Of a stretch of DNA of 64,000 bases, positions 35,576 to 43,567 are shown piece after piece (position 1 is the stretch's first letter; each line of letters begins with the position of its first letter). The notes beneath the pieces are model-generated. The model saw only the letters and a list, made by a program, of their open reading frames with translations. It searched no databases and was not told the origin of the DNA. A program made the translations under genes and the position numbers. Source of the DNA: an uncultured Planctomycetaceae bacterium (lineage in GTDB: Bacteria > Planctomycetota > Phycisphaerae > SM23-33); contig CAYRZU010000007.1 of assembly GCA_964428895.1 (NCBI GenBank), forward strand, positions 688 to 64,687, in the 5' to 3' direction.

Positions 35576-35726
35576 CATCGATACCGACCTGACGGTCTGC
35601 CCCGAATGCGACTACACCAACGGCTTTCACGTCACCTTCCTCCGTAATGATGACGGCAAGCTGAAGATCATCCTGGTCTGCCCAAGTTGCTCGGCCAAGT
35701 TTGACATAGGCTGGACGACAACATGA
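35544..35726 (+). CDS. Small zinc-ribbon protein (CxxC...CxxC), 60 aa
   Basis: ATG 35544 with a GGAGAG Shine-Dalgarno. Cys pairs are CPEC and CPSC. It overlaps the 3' end of the lectin gene and its stop overlaps the xthA start (ATGA). Confidence 0.5.
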   Translation: MTPPNSPQQIDIDTDLTVCPECDYTNGFHVTFLRNDDGKLKIILVCPSCSAKFDIGWTTT

Positions 35727-36487
35727 AGATCGTCACCTGGAACGTCAACTCCGTTCGCTCGCGACTGGAACGACTGCTGGCGTTGCTGGCCCGTGACCAG
35801 CCGGATGTGGTCTGCCTGCAAGAACTCAAGTGCGTTGAGGATGACTTCCCCGCCGACGCCATCGCCGCGGCCGGCTACTCTTCGGCCGTCTACGGGCAGA
35901 AGACTTACAACGGCGTGGCCATCCTGTCGCGCAAGAAGCTCATCGGCGTTACGCGGGGCTTTGGCGATGACGATCCCCAGGCCCGCTTCATTGCCGGCAA
36001 GCTGGGCAAGCTTCACATCGCCAGCGCCTATGTCCCCAACGGCCGAGAGGTCGGATGCGAACATTGGGCCTACAAGCTGCACTGGCTCACCAGGCTGCGT
36101 GAATGGTTGGACGAAGTCGCCGGGCCCGCCGCGCCCGTCGTCGTCTGCGGCGATTTCAACGTAGCCCGAGACGATCTCGATGCCGCCAATCCCGACAAAT
36201 GGCAGGACACCGTTCTCTGTCACGCCGACGGCCGAGCCGCTTTGCGGGCGCTGCTCGACTGGCCCTTGGTGGATGTCTTCCGAGACCACCACCCCGACGG
36301 TGGCGTATTCACCTGGTGGGACTACCGACGCTTGGCCTTTCCCAAGAACAACGGCCTGCGGATCGACTACGTCCTGGCCACGCCTACGCTGGCCAAGCTC
36401 TGCACCGATGCCCAGGTCGATCGCAACGAGCGCAAGGGTGAGAAGCCCTCCGACCACGCCCCGGTCATCGCGACCTTTGACCTCTAG
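35723..36487 (+). CDS. xthA: Exodeoxyribonuclease III
   Basis: MKIVTWNVNS...QELK...NGREV...GDFN...DHAPV. These are the AP-endonuclease family 1 motifs. Confidence 0.9.
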   Translation: MKIVTWNVNSVRSRLERLLALLARDQPDVVCLQELKCVEDDFPADAIAAAGYSSAVYGQKTYNGVAILSRKKLIGVTRGFGDDDPQARFIAGKLGKLHIASAYVPNGREVGCEHWAYKLHWLTRLREWLDEVAGPAAPVVVCGDFNVARDDLDAANPDKWQDTVLCHADGRAALRALLDWPLVDVFRDHHPDGGVFTWWDYRRLAFPKNNGLRIDYVLATPTLAKLCTDAQVDRNERKGEKPSDHAPVIATFDL

Positions 36488-36525
36488 GCGGGCCGGCGTT
36501 AAGCTCTCGGCCCCGAGGGCATCCG

Positions 36526-37482
36526 ATGCGGGCGAAACGCCAAATGCAATTCTATCCGTGGGTGTGGGTGGGCCTGTCACTGTGGCTGGCCGCCGGCTGC
36601 ACGCGCCCGGCCCCCTACGGCCGGCCGAAACTGATCGGCGAACTGGCCGACCAGCGCATTCACGAAAGCTCCGGCTTGGCCGCCAGCCGCCGCACGCCCG
36701 GCGTGCTGTGGACCCACAACGACTCCGGCAATCCACCCCAGCTATTCGCCATCGATACCCAAGGCCAGGCCCTGGCCACCGTCGCCATCACCGGCGAGAG
36801 GGTCAAGAACGTCGACTGGGAGGACATCTGCTCCTACCAACTCGACGGCCAGCCCTTCCTGCTGATCGCCGACATCGGTGACAACACCGCCCAACGCAAG
36901 CGCTGCCAGCTCTACATTATCCCCGAGCCGCAGATCGACCCGACCCAACTCGGCCAGACGCTCTCGGCGGAGGTCCAGGCAACCGTTGTCATTCGCTTCC
37001 CTGACGGCCCGCGCAACTGTGAAGCCGTCGCCGTAGACGCCTCTGCTCGGAAGAGACAAGGAATCTACCTGGCCAGCAAGAGCGTCATCGGCCTTTCCAA
37101 CGTCTACCGAGTCGTTCTCCCAGCCAGCGACTACCGGGGAGAATTGGCCGCTGTCGTGGGCGGGAGCATGACGCGGATGCCGGGCTCGACCTTTGCGCCC
37201 AGCCGCATCGCTGCCCCCTGGGTCCCCATGGTCACCGCCATGGACATCTCCCCGGACGGCCGACGCGCCGTGCTGGCCACCTACGACCGCGCTTACGAGT
37301 ACACCCGCAACGACGACGAAACCTGGGGTGACGCATTTTCTCGGAGCGGCCGACCGATTACACTGCCCCCACGTCGCCAGGGAGAAGCGATCTGCTACAG
37401 CCACGACGGCCGACGCCTGTACCTGACCAGCGAGCACTTACCGGCCCCGCTATGGATGCTGCCGGTGATTGAAGATGAGTGA
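36526..37482 (+). CDS. Lipoprotein with predicted beta-propeller (SdiA-regulated/YjiK- or phytase-like family)
   Basis: Lipobox LAAGC. Repeated motifs HESSGLA, WTHNDSG, LFAID and DIGDN. The family call is tentative. Confidence 0.4.
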   Translation: MRAKRQMQFYPWVWVGLSLWLAAGCTRPAPYGRPKLIGELADQRIHESSGLAASRRTPGVLWTHNDSGNPPQLFAIDTQGQALATVAITGERVKNVDWEDICSYQLDGQPFLLIADIGDNTAQRKRCQLYIIPEPQIDPTQLGQTLSAEVQATVVIRFPDGPRNCEAVAVDASARKRQGIYLASKSVIGLSNVYRVVLPASDYRGELAAVVGGSMTRMPGSTFAPSRIAAPWVPMVTAMDISPDGRRAVLATYDRAYEYTRNDDETWGDAFSRSGRPITLPPRRQGEAICYSHDGRRLYLTSEHLPAPLWMLPVIEDE

Positions 37483-37494
37483 ACGGAGTCTGCC

Positions 37495-38682
37495 ATGAAG
37501 TATGTCATCGTCATTCCGGACGGCTTGGCCGACCAGCGCCTGGATGAGCTGGGCAAGATGACGCCGCTCGAGGCGGCCGAAACGCCCAACATCGACTGGC
37601 TCGGCGCGAACGGCCGACTTGGCACGGTCGCCTACAGCGACAAGCGTCACCCGGTCGGCCGGGCCCAGGCCCTGCTAACGCTGCTGGGCTATGACATGCG
37701 GCGCACGCCCATCGGCAGCGCCGCCCTGGAGGCCCTGGGCGCCGGCCTCGACGACGCCGCCACCGACCATTTCTACCACTGCAACCTGGTAACCGTCACC
37801 GACCGCGTCCTGATCGACGCCGCCGCCGGGAGAATCTCCGACTCCGAAGCCCAAGCCGTCGTCGCCTTGCTCAACGAACACCTCGCGCCCGGGCGTCTAA
37901 CGTTCCACTACGGTCGGCAGCATCGCCACCTGATGAACACGCCGGAGGCGCTGGATGTCCAGACCACCTGCCCGTATGAGGTTCAAGGCAAGTCCATCCG
38001 CCGTGGCCGCGTCAGGGGCACAGACGCCGAGCGACTCCAGGAGATTATGGACCTCGCCGCGGCGGCCCTGGCCGACCACGAGATCAACGCCATCCGCCGT
38101 GAACTGGGCGAAAGCCCCATCACCGGCGTGTGGCTATGGGGAGAAGGGCCGTTAACGCCCCTGCCTAGCTTCGCCGACCGAACCGGCCTGAGCGGCGCGA
38201 TGGTCAGCCTCGATCCGTTGGCGGTCGGCGTCGCCCGCCATATCGGTTGGGATGTGGTCGACATCGACGCTCAAGATCACTACACTGACGCGGCTATGGC
38301 GGCCCTGGCGGGAAGCGCCGTTGAGGCCGTCGACACCTACGACGTGGTGTGCATTCACACGGCCTGGCCGGATGCGGCGGCCCTGGCCGGAGACCTTCGC
38401 GGCAAGTTGGAGGCCACGGAATCACTCGATCGACACGTGATCGGCGACCTGCTGAGGCGCCTGCGGAAAGTCGAGCCGAGCTGGCGATTGCTGATCGCCC
38501 CGGCCCAGACCACTGGGGCGGTCTCCCGGCAGCGGACGGCAGCGCCCGCCCCGTTCGTGCTGACCGGCCAAGGCGTGGAGAGCGTGCTTCACAAGCCGTT
38601 CTATGAAGCAACGGCCCAGGCGGCCGACCTGCAGATCAAGCGGGCCTGGGAACTGATGGAGTTTGTTCTAACGGTGAGATAG
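37495..38682 (+). CDS. apgM: Cofactor-independent phosphoglycerate mutase, archaeal-type (ApgM, alkaline-phosphatase superfamily)
   Basis: MKYVIVIPDGLADQRLDELG... matches the ApgM N-terminus. About 395 aa with metal-binding Asp/His residues throughout. Confidence 0.75.
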   Translation: MKYVIVIPDGLADQRLDELGKMTPLEAAETPNIDWLGANGRLGTVAYSDKRHPVGRAQALLTLLGYDMRRTPIGSAALEALGAGLDDAATDHFYHCNLVTVTDRVLIDAAAGRISDSEAQAVVALLNEHLAPGRLTFHYGRQHRHLMNTPEALDVQTTCPYEVQGKSIRRGRVRGTDAERLQEIMDLAAAALADHEINAIRRELGESPITGVWLWGEGPLTPLPSFADRTGLSGAMVSLDPLAVGVARHIGWDVVDIDAQDHYTDAAMAALAGSAVEAVDTYDVVCIHTAWPDAAALAGDLRGKLEATESLDRHVIGDLLRRLRKVEPSWRLLIAPAQTTGAVSRQRTAAPAPFVLTGQGVESVLHKPFYEATAQAADLQIKRAWELMEFVLTVR

Positions 38683-38684
38683 TC

Positions 38685-39989
38685 ATGAGCGTTGTGGTAA
38701 TGAAATTCGGCGGCACGAGCGTGGCCGACGCCGACAAGATTCGCCACGCTGCGGATCGCGCCATTCAGTTCCACCGCAAAGGCGACCAGGTCGTGATGGT
38801 GGTCTCGGCGATGGGCAAGAGCACCGACGGGCTGATCGACCTGGCCCGCCAGATCACCGCCAACCCGCCGCGGCGGGAAATGGACCAACTGCTGTCGACC
38901 GGCGAGCAGGTCACCATCGCCCTGATGGCTATGGCCTTGCAGGCCAAGGGCGTCGATGCGGTGAGCATGACCGGCGCCCAGGTCCGGCTGATTACCGACG
39001 AGGTCCACACCCGCGCCCGCGTCAAGAGCATCGACGCCGAGAAGATCCGAACCCACCTACGGGCCAAGCGCATTGTGGTGGTCGCGGGGTTCCAGGGCAT
39101 CACGCCGGACGGGCAGACCACCACGCTCGGCCGCGGCGGCTCCAACGTCTCCATGGTCGCGTTGGCGGCGGCCTTGGGCGGCTCGTGCGAGAACTTCACG
39201 GATGTCGACGGCATCTTCACCTCCGACCCGCGTGTGGTGCCCAACGCCCGCAAGATCAACCGCATCAGCTATGAAGAAATGCTGCAGATGGCCCAACTGG
39301 GCGCAGCGGTCCTGCAGGACCGCGCGGTCGAACTGGCCATGCACTACAACGTCCCCATTCACGTGCGTAACAGCAATCACAACCGCAAAGGAACCATGAT
39401 CGTGCCTGCCAACGAAGCCATGGAACGCATCGTCGTCGTCGGGGCGGCCCTCAAAGAGAAGCTCGGCCGCGTCACCCTCTTCCGCACGCCCAACAAGCCC
39501 GGCATCGTCGCCAAGATCTTCCAGGTCGTCGCCGACCACAACATCATCGTCGACGACATCATCCAAACCAGCGTCGACGCCAAGACCGCCACGGTCTCCT
39601 TCACCATCGACCTGACCGACCTGCCCGACACCAAGAAGGTCGTCAACGAACTGTCCCGCACGCTCAAATGCAAGGCCGTCTACGAGGATCACCTCGCCAA
39701 GGTCTCCATCATCGGCGGCGGCATGCGCACCCACGCGGGCGTGGCCTTTAAGATGTTCACCGCCCTGGGCGCCGCCAAGATCAACATCGAGAACATCACC
39801 ACCAGTGAGATCAAGGTCTCCTGCATGATCGACAGTCGGGACGGCAAGAAGGCCCTGCGCACCGTCCACGACGCGTTCGGGCTCGGCCGCGGCCAATACA
39901 TCCACGAGCCGCGCGTCTCCGCCAAAGCCGCCAAGAAGAAGGCAAAGAAGAAGACGGCTAAGAAGAAGACCACCAAGCGGAAGAAATAG
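38685..39989 (+). CDS. lysC: Aspartate kinase with two C-terminal ACT domains and an appended lysine-rich tail
   Basis: MSVVVMKFGGTSV...VVSAMGKSTD... The ACT region runs from about residue 270. The last 25 aa are AKAAKKKAKKKTAKKKTTKRKK. Confidence 0.9.
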   Translation: MSVVVMKFGGTSVADADKIRHAADRAIQFHRKGDQVVMVVSAMGKSTDGLIDLARQITANPPRREMDQLLSTGEQVTIALMAMALQAKGVDAVSMTGAQVRLITDEVHTRARVKSIDAEKIRTHLRAKRIVVVAGFQGITPDGQTTTLGRGGSNVSMVALAAALGGSCENFTDVDGIFTSDPRVVPNARKINRISYEEMLQMAQLGAAVLQDRAVELAMHYNVPIHVRNSNHNRKGTMIVPANEAMERIVVVGAALKEKLGRVTLFRTPNKPGIVAKIFQVVADHNIIVDDIIQTSVDAKTATVSFTIDLTDLPDTKKVVNELSRTLKCKAVYEDHLAKVSIIGGGMRTHAGVAFKMFTALGAAKINIENITTSEIKVSCMIDSRDGKKALRTVHDAFGLGRGQYIHEPRVSAKAAKKKAKKKTAKKKTTKRKK

Positions 39990-40006
39990 GTTCGGTCTAC
40001 GAACGA

Positions 40007-40068
40007 CCCCCCAAGCCCCGACGGCGCGTCTTGTCCCGGACAAGTCGCACCGTTGGGGCTCTTTCATT
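40007..40068 (+). terminator. Probable rho-independent terminator after aspartate kinase
   Basis: A nested GC-rich hairpin (CCCCAA...CTTGTC-ccg-GACAAG...TTGGGG) followed by CTCTTTCATTG. Confidence 0.45.
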
Positions 40069-40104
40069 GTCAATGCGCGGGGTCCTGCCTTACCCTAACC
40101 GGTC

Positions 40105-40740
40105 ATGCCTCGCCAACACCCCAAGCTCACAGACACGCAGCGCCGCCGGCGCTACTTGATCCGCCGGCTGACGAGGCTGCTCCTGATCGTCGCCGCCGTC
40201 GCGGCGGTGGCGGTCGCGGATCGCTGCGGCGTTTTCGGCCGACAGCCCACCGCCGACCGGGCTGCCTACGACGGCCGTACGGTCACGTGTGTGAAGGTCG
40301 TTGACGGCGACACGCTCGACGTGGACCTCCCCAACGGCCGCCACGCAACCACCCGCATTCGCCTCTGGGGGGTGGACACGCCCGAGACCGTCAAGGAGGA
40401 CACCCCCGTCCAACACTTCGGCCCGGAGGCAACGGCCCTGACCAAGCAACTCGTCCTGGACAAGCCCGTCACGCTTCGCCTCGAGCCCAACGGCAACACA
40501 CGCGGCAAGCACGGGCGACTGCTCGCCTACGTGATCCTTCCTGACGGGCGAATGCTCAACCGCGTGTTGCTCGAGACCGGCCACGCCTACGCCGACCCCC
40601 GCTACGACCACCACCTCCGCGGCGAATTCCTCGACCTTCAAAATCGCGCCCGCAAGAAGCGGCTAGGCCTCTGGGCCTCCGTCACGCCAGCCGACCTCCC
40701 CTACTACTGGCGCGACAAGCTAGAGTTGCCCGACCGGTGA
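40105..40740 (+). CDS. Thermonuclease (staphylococcal-nuclease/SNase-like) family protein, membrane-anchored
   Basis: N-terminal transmembrane helix. SNase motifs VDGDTLDV, IRLWGVDTPE and HGRLLAYV. Confidence 0.8.
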   Translation: MPRQHPKLTDTQRRRRYLIRRLTRLLLIVAAVAAVAVADRCGVFGRQPTADRAAYDGRTVTCVKVVDGDTLDVDLPNGRHATTRIRLWGVDTPETVKEDTPVQHFGPEATALTKQLVLDKPVTLRLEPNGNTRGKHGRLLAYVILPDGRMLNRVLLETGHAYADPRYDHHLRGEFLDLQNRARKKRLGLWASVTPADLPYYWRDKLELPDR

Positions 40741-40747
40741 CGGCCCT

Positions 40748-41224
40748 ATGCCCTACCTGATTGATGGGAACAACTTGATTCATGCGTTGATGGAGGTCGG
40801 CCCGGCCGTCGAGCGTGTGGGGCTGTGTGCGGTGTTGGCCAAGGCCTTGCCGGCGGGGGAGGATGTTTGCGTGGTCTTCGACGGGCCGCACCCGGAGATG
40901 GGCTTCCCGGCCGAATTGGCCGAGCGGGTGGAGGCGATTTTCACGCCCGGTCACCCGGCCGACGAGACGATCATCGCCCGCATTGCCGCCAACAGCGCCC
41001 CGCGCCGCCTAACGGTCGTCAGCAGCGATCGCGAAATCCGCCGGGCCGCCACCCGCCGCCGTTGCCAGTCCGTCTCAAGCGAGGACTTCGCCCAGACCCT
41101 CTGCCACTTACTCGACAAGGCCGACACCCCCGGGCGGCCCGGCCCCGAGCCCAAAGAGAAGCGCCACGGCCTGTCCGAGGAGCAAACCGACGACTGGCTG
41201 CGCTACTTCGGCCTGAAGGACTGA
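40748..41224 (+). CDS. NYN-domain (YacP/Rae1-like) putative ribonuclease
   Basis: MPYLIDGNNLIH... then VVFDG and a VVSSDREI segment. This is the typical YacP-like NYN architecture. It begins 7 nt after the SNase gene. Confidence 0.65.
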   Translation: MPYLIDGNNLIHALMEVGPAVERVGLCAVLAKALPAGEDVCVVFDGPHPEMGFPAELAERVEAIFTPGHPADETIIARIAANSAPRRLTVVSSDREIRRAATRRRCQSVSSEDFAQTLCHLLDKADTPGRPGPEPKEKRHGLSEEQTDDWLRYFGLKD

Positions 41225-41336
41225 CCGCCAGCCCTTAGTTCCGGGGGACTTACGGCCTCTGCCGGCGTTTTCACATCAATTTCGGCCTCTCTGACAGCGA
41301 TTACCTACTGGACGAAACAGGTAGTCACCGTCTGTC

Positions 41337-42449
41337 ATGAGATCGACACGCACATTCTCTGGGTGTCTCACGGCCGGGCTGATGCTCGCGCTGACGGCCG
41401 CGGCCGCCGCCGAGCCCATCGACGCTTGGACGGCCGGCCCGCTCTACGCGTCGCCGACGCCGGACCTGCGCCGCCGACTGCTGCTAGGCCCGGTGCAGTT
41501 GACGTGGCTGCGGCCGCGCAAATCGATGCGACCGGTCTTCGCGCCTCCGGAGCTGAGAGGCCCGCTGCTGGTCCGGTCGACCTATGCGGCTCCTAAATCG
41601 CTCAATCCGGCGCCGCCGGCGCCTCGGATCGATCTGGCCGGGCCGCCGCCGCCGACCGTTACGCTTCACACCTCGACCGACGTGGTGCCCTTCGAGACCT
41701 TGGCCGTTCATTTGCCGTTGCTTCGGCCCGCCCTGGAGGCCACACGCCCCGTGGCCGGCGCGCCGAACACGCTGGGGGCTGAGAGAATCGGCCCGGGCGA
41801 GCATAGCCCGACCGACCAGCCGCTTCAGTTAGCCGATGATCGCGGCGACCTGATCATCGCGCCGCCGCTGGAGGCGGACGTGCGCTATGTGCTGCTCAAA
41901 GGCGGCCAAGTTAAGGGCCAGGCCCTGACCGTCCGCCAGCCCGGGACCAAACTGGAACTGGACAACGTGCTGCTGACGGTCCAGGGCGCTGCGACGGTCA
42001 AACAGAACGCCGAAGTGGTCACGCACATCCGCCGGCGGTCGGCCGGGCTGGATCTGACCGGTCAGACCGAGTTGGACCTGACCGGCGGACGATTGATCGT
42101 CCTGTTCCACGATCATCCGGAGGGCACGGGCCTGCACTGGGGCCTGCGGGCAGCCGGCGACCGGAGAGATTCCCTCCGCGACCAAATCGAAGCCGGCGAA
42201 CTCATCGTGGCCGCCGTCCGAAACGGCGGTGCCGTCGACGCCGAGCCGCTGCTGATCTTTGACGGACAGTTCACCTATCTGACCATCGATAAACCCGTCT
42301 ACGACGACCCCATATGCTCTTTTGGGTACGTCAAGACCCCCGTGCCCGAGCCTGGCCTTGTGGGGCTGCTAGCCACCGGGGGGCTGGCCCTGTTGCGACG
42401 ACGTCGACGATCCGATCCTACCGGCCCGTCCCGCCGGACCCATGGTTAG
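41337..42449 (+). CDS. PEP-CTERM-anchored secreted protein
   Basis: N-terminal signal peptide. The C-terminus is VPEPGLVGLLATGGLALLRRRRRS, a VPEP motif followed by a transmembrane helix and an Arg cluster. This is the PEP-CTERM/exosortase sorting signal. Confidence 0.75.
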   Translation: MRSTRTFSGCLTAGLMLALTAAAAAEPIDAWTAGPLYASPTPDLRRRLLLGPVQLTWLRPRKSMRPVFAPPELRGPLLVRSTYAAPKSLNPAPPAPRIDLAGPPPPTVTLHTSTDVVPFETLAVHLPLLRPALEATRPVAGAPNTLGAERIGPGEHSPTDQPLQLADDRGDLIIAPPLEADVRYVLLKGGQVKGQALTVRQPGTKLELDNVLLTVQGAATVKQNAEVVTHIRRRSAGLDLTGQTELDLTGGRLIVLFHDHPEGTGLHWGLRAAGDRRDSLRDQIEAGELIVAAVRNGGAVDAEPLLIFDGQFTYLTIDKPVYDDPICSFGYVKTPVPEPGLVGLLATGGLALLRRRRRSDPTGPSRRTHG

Positions 42450-42880
42450 GGCTCCGAAGGCGCATCGGCGACGTCGTCGGCAGCCGAGCCCGGCTGAGTC
42501 GACGCCGCCTGAGTCGCGGGCCTCTCAAAAGTCAGCTTCTCCCCCGGCCGAAGCATGGTGACCGACCGCCCCCATTCACGTTTGAACGGCACGGTGGTGG
42601 TGTTGTAGCCGTCCTTGACGATAGCGATCAGCTTCGGCGTGGAAAAGTAGTACCACAGCGTGACCATGTTGCCATCGAGGCCGCTGATCGCCGCGGTCGA
42701 GCCCAGTTCCTTCCAGTCGGGATCGCCGGGGATTTCGGTGGTCTTCAGCAGGACCCCCTTGGCGCCGACAATGGGTTTGCCGCTACTGTCCTTGACGGAG
42801 ATGAAGGTGCAACCGGCGGCGGCCAGCAACCCCGCCAGCAGCGTGGCCAACATCATCGGCATGAATCGACGTCGCATCAT
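42446..42880 (-). CDS. Hypothetical lipoprotein
   Basis: MMRRRFMPMMLATLLAGLLAAAGCTF has a lipobox. 144 aa, no recognised domain. Convergent with the PEP-CTERM gene, with a 4-nt 3' overlap. Confidence 0.5.
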   Translation of the reverse strand: MMRRRFMPMMLATLLAGLLAAAGCTFISVKDSSGKPIVGAKGVLLKTTEIPGDPDWKELGSTAAISGLDGNMVTLWYYFSTPKLIAIVKDGYNTTTVPFKREWGRSVTMLRPGEKLTFERPATQAASTQPGSAADDVADAPSEP

Positions 42881-42902
42881 ATCCGGTCACTCGCCGAAAA
42901 CG

Positions 42903-43418
42903 TCAGATTCCCATGTCCGTCTTGGTCAGAATGGCCTCGAAGACAAATCCCGCGGCCTCCACATTCTCTCGCGCGCCTTGCTCGCGGTCGATGGCGAACA
43001 CCATTCGCTTGATGTTGGCGCCGGCGGCTTTGAGCGTTTCGGCCGCTTCCAGGGCGGCCCCGGCGGTGGTGCCGATATCCTCGACCAGCAGGACGTCCTT
43101 GCCCGCCACGGGTGTGCCCTCGATGAGCTTTTCCGTGCCGTAGTCCTTCTTGGCCTTTCGAACGATGGTGAAGGGCTTGCCGCAGGCCATGGCCGTCGCC
43201 GCCGCCAGCGCCACGGCGCCCAGTTCCGGCCCGGCGATGACGTCGACGTCACCGGCGTAGTCAGCAAAGCATCGTCCCATCTCGGCCAGCACGTCCGGTT
43301 GGGTCTCGAACAGGTACTTGTCCAGGTAGTATTTGCTCCGCTGCCCGGAGCGTAGAACGAAGTCCCCCTCCAGATAGGCGATTTCCCGAACGCGGGCGGC
43401 AAGTTGGGCTCTGTCCAT
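42903..43418 (-). CDS. pyrE: Orotate phosphoribosyltransferase
   Basis: Start chosen at MDRAQLAARV... (ATG 43416-43418, GGAGA upstream). Motifs present are GDFVLRSGQRSKYYLD and the PRPP-binding site VLLVEDIGTTAGA. Confidence 0.85.
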   Translation of the reverse strand: MDRAQLAARVREIAYLEGDFVLRSGQRSKYYLDKYLFETQPDVLAEMGRCFADYAGDVDVIAGPELGAVALAAATAMACGKPFTIVRKAKKDYGTEKLIEGTPVAGKDVLLVEDIGTTAGAALEAAETLKAAGANIKRMVFAIDREQGARENVEAAGFVFEAILTKTDMGI

Positions 43419-43567
43419 CGACACGTATCTCCGTTGGTGGATCGGCAAGGGTCAACTCTAGCGGGCCGGGCCCGGCCGGTCAAGGGAACGGCCTTGGCTC
43501 GCGAAAGACCGATTTTTGTCCTGCGGCCTTGGCTGTTGGGAGCGTAGAAGCTAAGGTGGTTCCTTCT

